Source: Bacilli bacterium
GTDB lineage: Bacteria > Bacillota_I > Bacilli_A > RF39 > UBA660
DNA length: 52,144 nucleotides
Assembly: GCA_017940575.1 (NCBI GenBank)
Contig: JAGAYJ010000001.1
Coordinates: 1-52,144 of the forward strand
Direction of reading: 5' to 3'
In this document: one piece after another, positions 21,279 to 31,462 of the stretch
Position numbering within the stretch: the stretch's first letter is position 1
Layout: each line of letters starts with the position of its first letter
Notes under the pieces: model-generated
The model's database searches: none
What the model saw: the letters and a program-made list of their open reading frames with translations, nothing else
Told to the model about the DNA's origin: nothing
Position numbers and translations under genes: made by a program

Positions 21279-21400
21279 CATATAATTATACCATTTTTCC
21301 CTTATAAGTCAACATTTTTACACAATTTGTAAAAAAATAGTAATAAACTAGATGTATTTTTTAAAGATGTGTGATAAAATTATAATAGCGAGGTGATAGA

Positions 21401-23125
21401 GTGAACAGTACAATTGTTATATCAATGATATTGCTTACTATTTTTGCTATCATAATGATAATATGTGTTTTACTTTTGATCCAACGAAAGAATTTTTCAA
21501 AAGTAAAAAAAAGATTATCTAATTTGGAAATTGAAAAGAATAAAATAGATAGTATGCCAATTATACCAGAATTGACTAAAATTGAAACGTTAAATAAAAA
21601 TGGTAAATTAGAAACTATGTATAATAATTGGAAAGATAGACTAGATGTTATTAGAACGAATCAAATTCCAAGAATTACAGATATGTTACTAGATGCAGAT
21701 TATTCTTTGTCAAAACAAGATTATAAAAGTACTATTTATAAAATAGCTAAGTTAGAGATGGAAATATATAAAGTAAGAACTAATTCTGATTTCTTACTAA
21801 ATGAGATTAAAGAAATAACTACAAGTGAAGAGAGAAATAGAGCTTTAATTACTAATTTAAAATCAGTATATAGAGATCTTTATAAAAAATTTAATGATTC
21901 TAGAACATCATATGGTGATATTGAAGAATCAATAGATCTTCAATTTGAAAGCATTGCTAAAAGATTTGAAGCATTTGAAACTTCTATGGAAGATAGTGAT
22001 TTTATAGAAGTTACTAAAATAGTAAAATCAATTGACGAACTATTAAAGCATATGACAAATGTTATAGAAGAAATGCCAAGCATTTATCTTATGACATCAA
22101 GTGTTTTACCTAAAAAAATAAAAGAGGCAGAAAATGAATATAAGGAAATGGTAAATTTAGGTTATCCACTTGACTATTTAAATGTTGAATATAATATAAG
22201 TGAAGCTAATAAAAAAATAAGTGATATAGTAGATAGAAGTCATGTGTTAAACATTGAAGATAGTTTGTTTGAATTAAAAGTTTTATCAGATTATTTTGAT
22301 TCTTTATTTACAGATTTTGAAAAAGAAAAAGTTAATCGAAATGTATATGAAGAAGCAAATAGAACGTTTTATAAAAAATTAAAGAAAAACAATAATATTA
22401 TTGAAGAGATGTTTAATCAATTAGACCAAATTAGATCTTTATATGATTTAACAGAGAAAGATATTGAAACACTTGAAAATGTTAGAACTGAATTAGTTAA
22501 ATTAAATGAAGATTATAAAGTATTAATAGAACATACAGGCAATAATACATTTGCATATTCACAACTTACTAAGGAAATAGAAGGATTGTCTGTTAGACTT
22601 GCTAATTTAGAAGAACAAATTGATATGATACTTGACTCAATCGGAAATATGAAAGATGATGAGATAAGAGCAAGACAACAATTAGAGGAAATTAAAGTAA
22701 TTTTAAGAGAGTCTAAGAATAAAATTAGAGAGTATAACTTACCTGTTATACCAAATAACTATTTTGTTGAACTAAAAGAAGCTCAAAGTGCTATTAAAGA
22801 GATTATTAAAGAATTAGATAAAAAGCCAATTACTGTAAGTGTACTTAATACTCGAGTAGATACAGCACGTGATTTAGTACTTAAACTATTTGGTACAACT
22901 AAAAAAATGATGAAAGCTGCTAAATTTGCTGAAATGGCTATTGTATATGGAAATAGATACAGATCTCACGAAGACGATTTAGATAAATATTTAACATATG
23001 CAGAAAAATTATTCTACGAAGGTGAATATAGAAAATCATTAGAAATAACTATTAATTCACTTAACAAAGTAGAAAAGGGTATATATGAAAAATTAGTTAA
23101 GCTATATGCTATAGATGATGATTAA
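21401..23125 (+). CDS. ezrA: Septation ring formation regulator EzrA
   Basis: N-terminal TM, long coiled coil, C-terminal AIVYGNRYRS patch and AEKLFYEGEYRKSL; position next to rpsD is conserved in Bacilli. Confidence 0.85.
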   Translation: MNSTIVISMILLTIFAIIMIICVLLLIQRKNFSKVKKRLSNLEIEKNKIDSMPIIPELTKIETLNKNGKLETMYNNWKDRLDVIRTNQIPRITDMLLDADYSLSKQDYKSTIYKIAKLEMEIYKVRTNSDFLLNEIKEITTSEERNRALITNLKSVYRDLYKKFNDSRTSYGDIEESIDLQFESIAKRFEAFETSMEDSDFIEVTKIVKSIDELLKHMTNVIEEMPSIYLMTSSVLPKKIKEAENEYKEMVNLGYPLDYLNVEYNISEANKKISDIVDRSHVLNIEDSLFELKVLSDYFDSLFTDFEKEKVNRNVYEEANRTFYKKLKKNNNIIEEMFNQLDQIRSLYDLTEKDIETLENVRTELVKLNEDYKVLIEHTGNNTFAYSQLTKEIEGLSVRLANLEEQIDMILDSIGNMKDDEIRARQQLEEIKVILRESKNKIREYNLPVIPNNYFVELKEAQSAIKEIIKELDKKPITVSVLNTRVDTARDLVLKLFGTTKKMMKAAKFAEMAIVYGNRYRSHEDDLDKYLTYAEKLFYEGEYRKSLEITINSLNKVEKGIYEKLVKLYAIDDD

Positions 23126-23157
23126 AAAAACTAACGTAATTAAACGTTAGTTTTTTT
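23124..23157. terminator. Bidirectional terminator between ezrA and the LemA gene
   Basis: AAAAAAACTAACGT / ACGTTAGTTTTTTT. Confidence 0.8.
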
Positions 23158-23701
23158 ATAGTTTAAAATCTTTTGTATCATCATCTTCCATGTTTTTACC
23201 GTCAAAATATGTTTTAGTTTTATATCTAGATATTTTAGCTACTATATTAGATGGAAATGTTCTAACAAGTTTATTATAATCAGTTACGATATCATTATAA
23301 TATTTTCTTGCTGCAACAATTTCTGCTTCTGATTCTACTAATCCTAAATCTACTTTAATAAATGATTCGTTATTCTTTAATTCCTCATTGGCCTCTTTAA
23401 GTCCGTTAAATTCATTAATAGCTTCATATAATTTTCTATCTAAATCAAAATTAGAAAGTTTGACAGATTTTAAATCTTTAATCATTGGTAAGACGTCTTT
23501 TTTAGTCTTAGTAACATTTTTAATTATATCAATAGATTTATTTAAAAGGTCAAATCTTTTTCTTAAAGTTGTATCAATAAATGACTCGGCTTCATTCATT
23601 CTAATAATATAATTTTGATAATTGTTAAATATACTTATATACCATATAAGTAGTAAACAAATTGCTATTATGATAAGCAAAATATATGTAAACAAATTCA
23701 T
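23156..23701 (-). CDS. LemA family protein
   Basis: N-terminal TM; IDTTLRKRFDLL; ESEAEIVAARKYYNDIVTDYNKLVRTFPSNIVA. Confidence 0.9.
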   Translation of the reverse strand: MNLFTYILLIIIAICLLLIWYISIFNNYQNYIIRMNEAESFIDTTLRKRFDLLNKSIDIIKNVTKTKKDVLPMIKDLKSVKLSNFDLDRKLYEAINEFNGLKEANEELKNNESFIKVDLGLVESEAEIVAARKYYNDIVTDYNKLVRTFPSNIVAKISRYKTKTYFDGKNMEDDDTKDFKL

Positions 23702-23753
23702 ACTATCACCTATACAAATTATAGCAAATAATTCAACAATTTTCTACATATTA

Positions 23754-24068
23754 TTAAAAATTTATATAATTTATTGCTTCATCAAAAGCAATATAAATAA
23801 TATATTTTTTTGGAATTATATACCATTTGCCACAAGAAGGATCACTCATGATTACATAGTTATTATTAGTATGCTCAATAATACCATTAAAATCCTTTTC
23901 ATCTTTATTATTGTAATTAATATAAATAGTAGCTTTTTTACCTTTATTTATATTAAATAATTCACTTTGATTATAATTTATATTATTTGTATTAAGAGCA
24001 CTTGGTATATTCTCGTTAGAATAGATTGGTTGACCTTTAAAAACATTTGGATCAAAATAATTATTCAT
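23754..24068 (-). CDS. gerQ: Spore coat protein GerQ-like
   Basis: NKGKKATIY...FNGIIEH...YVIMSDPSCGKWYIIP...YIAFDEAINY. Confidence 0.7.
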   Translation of the reverse strand: MNNYFDPNVFKGQPIYSNENIPSALNTNNINYNQSELFNINKGKKATIYINYNNKDEKDFNGIIEHTNNNYVIMSDPSCGKWYIIPKKYIIYIAFDEAINYINF

Positions 24069-24090
24069 AAAAATTTGACTCCTTTCAAAT

Positions 24091-24120
24091 AAATTATATT
24101 AATTATACTCAAAAATATGA
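24091..24120 (-). promoter_or_regulatory. Sigma-E-type promoter upstream of the gerQ-like gene
   Basis: Minus strand TCATATT-15bp-tATAattT, matching the sigma-E consensus TCATATT-N15-CATAcanT. Confidence 0.5.
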
Positions 24121-24279
24121 TATAATTAATTAGGTGATTATGTTAGAATTGAAATCATAAATAGTACTTGTGATTGATAAGCTAAAATGTGAAATAAATA
24201 TATAGTTTATTAAGATATTTGACTATAAAATATAGAGATTTAAAAGAAGTATTATAAAAGGAATTTAAGGAGGTATTTT

Positions 24280-24858
24280 ATGAAAGTTCAAATAGGTATA
24301 TCAAATAGACATGTTCATTTAACCGATGAACATTTAAAAAAATTATTTGGAAAGAATTATAAATTAGAAAATGTCAAGGATTTAAATCAACCTGGTCAAT
24401 TTGTTTCAAATAGTAAAGTTATGATAAAAACACTTAAAGGAGAAATTAACGATGTTAGAGTAGTAGGACCAACAAGAGACTATACTCAAGTTGAAATATC
24501 TAGGACAGATGCTATTAAATTAGGACTTAATCCTCCAGTTAGAAAATCAGGCGATTTAATAGGATCAAGTCCAATTACGCTTATTGGACCTCGTGGTATA
24601 GTTGACTTAGAATATGGATGTATAATTGCAGATAGACATATTCATATAACTCCAAAACAAAAAGAGGTGTACGGATTATCAAACTATGATAAAGTTACTG
24701 TTGTATTACAGGGTGAAAAAGGTGGCACAATTGGTAATGTAAGTTTAAAAGTATCAGAAGAATCATACTTTGAACTTCATCTTGATACCGATGATGCAAA
24801 TGCTCATTTAGTTAGGAATGGCGATTTAGCAATTATTATAGAAGGCGAGGATTTATAA
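24280..24858 (+). CDS. pduL: PduL-type phosphate acyltransferase
   Basis: ISNRHVHL; QPGQF; QVEIS; IIADRHIH; ELHLDTDDANA; no N-terminal encapsulation peptide. Confidence 0.9.
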   Translation: MKVQIGISNRHVHLTDEHLKKLFGKNYKLENVKDLNQPGQFVSNSKVMIKTLKGEINDVRVVGPTRDYTQVEISRTDAIKLGLNPPVRKSGDLIGSSPITLIGPRGIVDLEYGCIIADRHIHITPKQKEVYGLSNYDKVTVVLQGEKGGTIGNVSLKVSEESYFELHLDTDDANAHLVRNGDLAIIIEGEDL

Positions 24859-26165
24859 TGTTTGAAAGTTTGGGGGATAGATTGCAATCAGCAATCGATA
24901 AAATAAAAGGTTATGGGAAGATTACTGAAGACAATATAGCTGAGATAACAAGGGAAATTAGACTTGCTTTACTAGAAGCTGATGTTAACTATATGGTAGT
25001 TAAAGAGTTTATCGCAAGTGTTAAAGAAAAAGCTTTAGGTGAGGAAGTTGCTAAAAGTCTAAAACCTGGTGAAGTATTTGTAAAAATACTTAAAGATGAA
25101 TTAGTCGATTTACTAGGTGGTGAGAAGAGTGATTTATATATATCAGGTAATCCTAGTATTTTAATGCTTGTTGGACTTCAAGGTAGTGGTAAAACAACTA
25201 CTATTGGAAAACTAGCTAATATGCTTCGTAAAAAACATAAGAAAAAACCATTGTTAGTTGCATGTGATATATATAGACCAGCCGCAATTGACCAGTTAAA
25301 ACAATTGGGTCGTGAGTTAAATATAGAAGTATATAGTGAGGGTGTTAAGGATCCTGTTGAAATTTCTATGAATGCTATTAAGTATGCTAAGTTAAATGGA
25401 TATGACTATGTGCTTATAGATACTGCAGGACGTCTTCATATTGATGAACAACTTATGACAGAACTTAAAAATATTAATGATAATGTAAATCCAAATGAAA
25501 TACTTCTTGTACTAGACTCTATGATGGGTCAAGATGCTATAAATGTAATAAATGGATTTAATAGTGCCCTTCCATTAACAGGTGCTATCTTAACAAAATT
25601 AGATGGTGATACTAGAGGTGGTGCTGCACTCTCTATTAGACATTTAACTAATATTCCAATAAAATTTATTGGAGTGTCTGAAAAACTTGATGGACTTGAA
25701 GAATTCTATCCAGACCGTATGGCCACACGTATTCTTGGTATGGGTGATATAATGTCTATGATAGAAAAAGCAGAATCCGTAATTGATGAAGAAGAAGCTA
25801 TGAAAGCTGCTAAGAAAATGCAAAAGGGTGATTTTGACTTAGATGACTTCTTAAATCAAATGAAACAAATAAAAAAATTAGGTCCACTTGAAAACCTAAT
25901 TAAAATGATTCCTGGTGCTAAAAAAATGGGTTTAAATAATGTACAAATCAATCCTAAGGATATAGCGCATATAGAAGCAATTATTTTATCTATGACTATG
26001 GAAGAAAGAAAAAACCCTAGTATTTTAAAAGCAAGTAGAAAATTGCGTATTGCTAATGGCTCAGGTAGAAGTGTTGAAGAGGTAAATAGACTTTTAAAAC
26101 AATTTGAAGAAATGAAGAAAATGATGAAAATGATGAAAAATGGAAATTTTAAAATGCCATTTTAA
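24858..26165 (+). CDS. ffh: Signal recognition particle protein
   Basis: LLEADV; GLQGSGKTTT; DTAGR; TKLDGDTRGG; ILGMGD; Met-rich M domain. Confidence 0.97.
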   Translation: MFESLGDRLQSAIDKIKGYGKITEDNIAEITREIRLALLEADVNYMVVKEFIASVKEKALGEEVAKSLKPGEVFVKILKDELVDLLGGEKSDLYISGNPSILMLVGLQGSGKTTTIGKLANMLRKKHKKKPLLVACDIYRPAAIDQLKQLGRELNIEVYSEGVKDPVEISMNAIKYAKLNGYDYVLIDTAGRLHIDEQLMTELKNINDNVNPNEILLVLDSMMGQDAINVINGFNSALPLTGAILTKLDGDTRGGAALSIRHLTNIPIKFIGVSEKLDGLEEFYPDRMATRILGMGDIMSMIEKAESVIDEEEAMKAAKKMQKGDFDLDDFLNQMKQIKKLGPLENLIKMIPGAKKMGLNNVQINPKDIAHIEAIILSMTMEERKNPSILKASRKLRIANGSGRSVEEVNRLLKQFEEMKKMMKMMKNGNFKMPF

Positions 26166-26173
26166 GGAGTAGC

Positions 26174-26689
26174 ATGGAAACTATTGTATTAAATGATAAT
26201 AACTTATTAGATAAAGATATTGATATATTTGAAACTAAATCACGTGCTATCATTAGTGTTAATAATAAAATACTTGTTTGTGACTATAATGATGTTTGTA
26301 TACTTCCTGGAGGAAAGATAGAAAACGGTGAAGATGAAGTTACTGGATTAAGACGTGAACTTAAAGAAGAAATTGGTATTGATTATACTAATAAAGAATT
26401 AAAGCCTTTATTTAAACTTATATATTATCAATCCAATTATCCAACTAGAGATGGAAAGATTAAAAACAGATGTATAAAAACATCATATTATATAACGAAA
26501 TATAAAGGTATTGATTTAAATAATATAAATAGATCAGAAGAAGAATTAAAAAGTAATTTTGAATTAAAGCTAATGAGTATCGATGAATTATATGATAGAA
26601 TGAACTTAAAAAATAATAATCCAAGAAATAAATTTTTTAACAAAGAAATGCATACTCTTTTAAAAAAATACGAGAATAAGAGGCCATAA
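26174..26689 (+). CDS. NUDIX hydrolase
   Basis: LPGGKIENGEDEVTGLRRELKEEIG Nudix box. Confidence 0.9.
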   Translation: METIVLNDNNLLDKDIDIFETKSRAIISVNNKILVCDYNDVCILPGGKIENGEDEVTGLRRELKEEIGIDYTNKELKPLFKLIYYQSNYPTRDGKIKNRCIKTSYYITKYKGIDLNNINRSEEELKSNFELKLMSIDELYDRMNLKNNNPRNKFFNKEMHTLLKKYENKRP

Positions 26690-26806
26690 TGGCCTTTTTA
26701 TGTTATAATTTTTTAAAGTGCAACTAAATATATACAAAATTCAACTTAAAATTGGTAGAACGCAACTAGTTTATTTTATAAGATTAGAGTGTAAAGGAGA
26801 GAATTT

Positions 26807-28099
26807 ATGAATTTAAAAGATAATTTAAAAAGAATAAGAAAAGAAAATAATTTATCACAAGAACAATTAGCTGATAAATTAAATGTATCAAGACAGTCTG
26901 TGTCTAAATGGGAGTCAGGAGTATCATATCCTGAGATGGATAAAATGATTCTGATATGTAAGATGTTTGATTTAAGTATGGATGAGTTATTAAATCAAAA
27001 TGTTAAAGCAGTTAATGATGAGAAAAAGAATAAAGTGGAAATTAATAAATATATAGATAGTTTTTTAAACTTTATATCTAAATCATATGACATGTTAAAT
27101 AGTATGACAAGAACTCAAATCATAAGATGTATATTTGAACAATTATTTTTTATGCTTGTATTTTATTGCATATCTATGCTTGTAGTTAGAGTAGTTGATG
27201 GGTTATTTGGAAATATTTTAGATGTATTTAATTATTACGATATTTTAAAGAAAGTGTTTGATTTAATAATTGTATTTTTGAAAACAGGTTTTTTAATATT
27301 AGATTTTATATTGGTAGTATATATTTATAAAATTAGATATTTAGACTATTATTTAAAAGATGATAAAAAAGAAGAAATAAAAAAAGAAGAAAATAATAAA
27401 CCTGAGAAAATAGAGAGAGTAATTATAAGAGATCCAAAGCATTCAGAATATCGTTTTATATCTGGATTATTAAGATTATTAACTATATTTACTAAATGTT
27501 TTATCACCTTAATATTATTATTTGCAGTATTTATATTACTTACATTATTAGTATTTTTAGTTTTATCATTTATGTTTGTTAAAACAGGTTTATTATTTGT
27601 TGGTGGATTTATTGTATTACTTTCATCAATTATAGTTTTGTTAGTTTTTATGAGTTCATTATATTGTTTTATAATTAATAGAAAATATAACTATAGATTT
27701 ATGGAAAGAACACTACTTATATCAATAATAACACTCGGACTTGGTCTTGGAATATCATTTTTAAGTATCACTAATTTTGAATTTAAAAATGATAAAGTAG
27801 AAGAAGAAATTGTTATACCAATGAACGAGAATTTAAATTATAGTTGGAATGTAAGCTATGTGGAAGAAGATAGAGCAGATTTAAGAATTGTAGCAACACA
27901 CTCAAAATATTATAAATTAAAATATGATAGTGATATGAATGTTATATATAATGATTATATAAATGAAGATAGATATGATGAGTTTAGGAATATTATAAAA
28001 GACATTAATAATAAAAAAATAATTGACTATAGGACTGATTATATAACTATTTATACTTCAAAAGATAATATTGATAAGCTTATGAATTATAATCAGTAA
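26807..28099 (+). CDS. XRE-family HTH regulator fused to a multi-TM domain
   Basis: RKENNLSQEQLADKLNVSRQSVSKWESG, then several TM helices. Confidence 0.85.
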   Translation: MNLKDNLKRIRKENNLSQEQLADKLNVSRQSVSKWESGVSYPEMDKMILICKMFDLSMDELLNQNVKAVNDEKKNKVEINKYIDSFLNFISKSYDMLNSMTRTQIIRCIFEQLFFMLVFYCISMLVVRVVDGLFGNILDVFNYYDILKKVFDLIIVFLKTGFLILDFILVVYIYKIRYLDYYLKDDKKEEIKKEENNKPEKIERVIIRDPKHSEYRFISGLLRLLTIFTKCFITLILLFAVFILLTLLVFLVLSFMFVKTGLLFVGGFIVLLSSIIVLLVFMSSLYCFIINRKYNYRFMERTLLISIITLGLGLGISFLSITNFEFKNDKVEEEIVIPMNENLNYSWNVSYVEEDRADLRIVATHSKYYKLKYDSDMNVIYNDYINEDRYDEFRNIIKDINNKKIIDYRTDYITIYTSKDNIDKLMNYNQ

Positions 28100-28223
28100 G
28101 ATGATTTTGAAAAAAAGAAGGAATTGAATAATTTCTTCTTTTTATATATAGTTCACAGATATATTGACAAATTGCAAATAATTAAAAGTATGTTATAATA
28201 CATTTTAGAAGGAGGTAATATGT

Positions 28224-28613
28224 ATGAAAAAGAAAGAACCGATGCAAGTACTTAAAGGATTTAGTTGGGTATATATGATATCTGTTATATTAGTTGTTAT
28301 AATTGCTATTTTTATTCCAACAATTCCTGAAATACCAGAGGAATTTAAAAAAGTTGTAGCAACTGATGTTGATCCATTATTAGCTATCGAGATAACTTTA
28401 ATTGTTAGAGCTTTAATTGATTTATGGTATTTTTATTTAATTAGAAGATATACAAGTGGGAAAAGTAATGGCACATTAATTATGATATTATTAATCATTG
28501 GTGTAATTGGTAATTTAATCAGTATTATTATGTTTAATGAAAAAGCTACTTTAAGTTTTATAATTGATGCTGTAGTATTATTTTTCTTTTATTTATCAAA
28601 AAAAAGTAAATAG
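28224..28613 (+). CDS. Hypothetical membrane protein
   Basis: About 4 hydrophobic segments; SD GGAGG. Confidence 0.75.
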   Translation: MKKKEPMQVLKGFSWVYMISVILVVIIAIFIPTIPEIPEEFKKVVATDVDPLLAIEITLIVRALIDLWYFYLIRRYTSGKSNGTLIMILLIIGVIGNLISIIMFNEKATLSFIIDAVVLFFFYLSKKSK

Positions 28614-28652
28614 TTATTATGTAGGAAAATGAATTAGAATGGATGTGATTTT

Positions 28653-30056
28653 ATGAAAAAATTATTTAACATAATGCTTGCATTATTAATGCTAATGCCA
28701 TTTATGCACATTAATGCATCAACTAAAACAGATGCTTTAATTGAAATGCTAAAAGAACAATCAAAATCATATGATGGAACTGTTACATATGAAAATGATG
28801 AGATTCAAATTGAATGGTTTATTCCAAATTCAAAACTTGAACAAGTTTCATTTTTATATAATGAAAATATAATAGAGTATAATCCAGGAGAAATAACAAG
28901 CTATGAAGAAGCTAGCGAGTCTATGAGCCATACTATTTATGCAACAGAATTAATAAGAGCTGCTTTAATAGTTAATGGATATAGTGATGAAGAAGTCAAA
29001 GAATTTTTTAATAGCGAAGATAAAGAATTTGATTATGACATAAATGGTATTGAATTTAAATCTTTAGGAGAGTCAAAACCATATACAAGTTCAGATGGTA
29101 CTAGTACTTTAACAGTAGCGCCTATTTCTATAAAAATAGATGTAGCCAAAGCTAATTTAAATAGTGCAACTGATCCTGCTTTTGTTACAAAATCAACTAC
29201 TGTTGAAGATGTGGTAAATTATTTAAATAATAATGAGGATTTTGCATCTACAAAAGATAATGGTAAAACTATTTTTGAAAATGAAGTTAGTATTGATGAT
29301 GATACTCTTACAATTGATCACACTTTTTACTGGGAAGATTATTATAATGTTTCATTTTATGTAGAAGATGATGTAATTTCATACGAAGATGAAATAATAG
29401 ATTATTTTGATGCAGAGAGAGCTTTAAGTCATCAAATGTATATGCGTCAAATAATAGTTAATGCACTTAAAATAAATGGTTATACTACTGAGCAAATTAA
29501 TAACTTTTTTTCATCAGAAACAAATGAGTTTAATTATGATGTTAATGGTATTGAAATAAAGGAAATAGGTGAAGAAAAAGAATATTATAGTTCTGATGGA
29601 GAGGAATCAATATTAATAATACCTATGTCATATAAAATTGACTTAAAACGTGCTAATTTAAATAAGTATAAAGTTCTTGAAGGTGAAAACCAAAAAATAA
29701 GTAATGATAAAGAATTAACATTTAGATTAAATATTGATTATGCAGTGTTTAAAGAAGAAGGAAAAGTATATGTAGATGGTAAATTAGTTGATCCATCAAA
29801 TTATACTTCAAAAGAAGGAAGTACAATTATTACTTTTAATAGTAATTATGTAAAAACTTTATCTAATAAAGAACATACTTTAAAAGTTGCCGTTAATGAT
29901 GGTGAAGTATTAACTCACTTTACTATCGATGATGCTAATACAATTAAAAATCCTAATACTGGTGATAATATATTAGTTTATATCATATTATTTGGATTAA
30001 GTATAGTTGGATTTGTATTATCAAAAATATATTTTAATAAAAAAAGATTTAACTAG
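28653..30056 (+). CDS. Secreted cell-surface protein with an internally duplicated domain and an NPNTG-TM-basic tail anchor
   Basis: Signal peptide; two copies of SH..Y....I..AL..NGY..E....FF.SE..EF.YD.NGIE.K..GE.K.Y.SSDG; C-terminal GSTIITF..Y...L...EHTL (Ig-like); NPNTGD, TM, KKRFN. Confidence 0.8.
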   Translation: MKKLFNIMLALLMLMPFMHINASTKTDALIEMLKEQSKSYDGTVTYENDEIQIEWFIPNSKLEQVSFLYNENIIEYNPGEITSYEEASESMSHTIYATELIRAALIVNGYSDEEVKEFFNSEDKEFDYDINGIEFKSLGESKPYTSSDGTSTLTVAPISIKIDVAKANLNSATDPAFVTKSTTVEDVVNYLNNNEDFASTKDNGKTIFENEVSIDDDTLTIDHTFYWEDYYNVSFYVEDDVISYEDEIIDYFDAERALSHQMYMRQIIVNALKINGYTTEQINNFFSSETNEFNYDVNGIEIKEIGEEKEYYSSDGEESILIIPMSYKIDLKRANLNKYKVLEGENQKISNDKELTFRLNIDYAVFKEEGKVYVDGKLVDPSNYTSKEGSTIITFNSNYVKTLSNKEHTLKVAVNDGEVLTHFTIDDANTIKNPNTGDNILVYIILFGLSIVGFVLSKIYFNKKRFN

Positions 30057-30090
30057 ATTTTCTAGTTTTTTCTTTGTTTAAACAATATAT

Positions 30091-30284
30091 GACATTTTGC
30101 TTATTCAAATAGTTTAATTTTTCATACTATAAAATAGGTAAGGAGGAATTAAAATGTTTGGAAATTGTTGTAATAGACAAAACATGTTTGATATGAATAT
30201 GAATCAACCTATGATGGAAGGTCAAGTAATTGAACCAACTATAAATAAATGTATTGAAAAAGAATTCTATCATGAGGTACCACA
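30091..30284 (+). repeat. Direct repeat copy 1 (upstream region plus 5' end of the cotD-like gene); copy 2 is at 31463-31656
   Basis: 194-bp alignment at a constant offset of 1372, about 9 substitutions; homology ends at ...GTACCACA. Confidence 0.95.
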
Positions 30285-30291
30285 AGAGTGA
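30154..30291 (+). pseudogene. Truncated cotD-like copy (45 aa)
   Basis: MFGNCCNRQNMFDMNMNQPMMEGQVIEPTINKCIEKEFYHEVP then QE*; it diverges from the full copy exactly at the repeat end. Confidence 0.85.
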
Positions 30292-30476
30292 TAATTTATG
30301 ATAGACCAAACATTGTAGATAAATAAGTATAAAAATAAAGCATCTATTATCAAATTCCTAAATTTAAATATACAAAAGTTACATAGCTTTAAGTTTATTA
30401 TTTAATAATTTACATTTATTTACATTGTGTATTTTGAGTATAAAAAAATATATGCTATAATGAATATGGTGATAAT

Positions 30477-31031
30477 ATGAATAATGATGATAATATAATT
30501 GTTTCATTACCTGAACATTATACTCAAATGGGGTATGATGATGCTATAAAAGGTGAAGAAAAAAAGAACAATCTTGATGGTATGAGTGAGTATTTCTATG
30601 ATACGGGATATTATTTAGGAATGAATGATAAAACATTACATTCAAATACATCAAGTGAGCAAACCTTTGGTCCTGTTGATGAATCAAAAGATAAATATAA
30701 TAATGAAGATAAACAAACAAGCAATGCACAAATAAATAATGATAATTTTGGAACAAAACTATATGAAGAAGGAAAGAAAGCAGCAATTGAAGGATATGAT
30801 ATTAATGATTTTATAAAAGGATTTGAAGAAGGAACTAGAATGAGAGAATCATTATATCAAGTGGAATCATATAAAGAGCCTAATAAGCCTAATAATTATA
30901 GTGGTGTCTCAGATGGTGAAGGTGGAATTATTTCACTTGAGCAATTTGAAGAATATGGTATAGATCCAAATTCTCCAAATGCAAGAGAGCAATTAGAAAC
31001 TGCAGTACAAAACAAATATAAATCAAGATAA
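30477..31031 (+). CDS. Hypothetical acidic N/D/E-rich protein (element cargo)
   Basis: Own TTGAGT..TATAAT promoter, SD GGTGA, and a downstream hairpin. Confidence 0.75.
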   Translation: MNNDDNIIVSLPEHYTQMGYDDAIKGEEKKNNLDGMSEYFYDTGYYLGMNDKTLHSNTSSEQTFGPVDESKDKYNNEDKQTSNAQINNDNFGTKLYEEGKKAAIEGYDINDFIKGFEEGTRMRESLYQVESYKEPNKPNNYSGVSDGEGGIISLEQFEEYGIDPNSPNAREQLETAVQNKYKSR

Positions 31032-31184
31032 ATAAAAATTTATCTTTTTTTAGGTTAAAATATTTATAGGTGATTTTATGAGGGGTGAAGTTTATAGTTA
31101 AAACTAATTTAAGTGCTATAAGCACAAGAATTAGTATTAATAAAAATTTAGTTATTCGTGTAAATTTTATTAAGGAGTATGCTC

Positions 31185-31289
31185 ATGAATAACTATAAAA
31201 TTAATATTAAATATGGAACTTCTGATTTAAATAATATTTTAATCAAAGTTCTAAATAGTGAATTAAAAAATCATAAGAATGATTTGTAA
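31185..31289 (+). CDS. Small ORF (34 aa, MNNYKINIKYGTSDLNNILIKVLNSELKNHKNDL) upstream of the recombinase remnant
   Basis: SD AAGGAG 7 nt upstream; not in the supplied ORF track. Confidence 0.5.
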   Translation: MNNYKINIKYGTSDLNNILIKVLNSELKNHKNDL

Positions 31290-31354
31290 AAATCAAAAAT
31301 GTGAGTTATCATCATCATATACTTATTTATCTACTAAAGATAAGGAGGATAGAA

Positions 31355-31438
31355 GTGGTAGATAATAGTAATTATAATGTTGGTATTTATATTAGATTAT
31401 CTAGAGAAGATGATGATCAAAATAGAGCCATTCAATAA
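31355..31438 (+). pseudogene. N-terminal remnant of a large serine recombinase
   Basis: SD AAGGAGG (31342-31348) and GTG; MVDNSNYNVGIYIRLSREDDDQNRAIQ* contains the catalytic Y-x-R-x-S motif. Confidence 0.75.
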
Positions 31439-31462
31439 TGAAACATTTTTTTTATAATATAA

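Noticed and set aside
23388-23960. Plus ORFs 23388-23612 and 23622-23960
   Set aside because: They overlap the LemA and gerQ-like genes on the opposite strand and have no motifs.
24139-24160. Promoter-like TATAAT, AGGTGA and ATG giving MLELKS*
   Set aside because: Only 6 codons. It could be a gene remnant, but there is no support; the -10-like sequence overlaps the divergent gerQ promoter region.
31078-31190. MRGEVYS* and a possible GTG-started 35-aa ORF
   Set aside because: Too short, or no properly spaced SD; cannot be assigned (a MazF-like start was considered).
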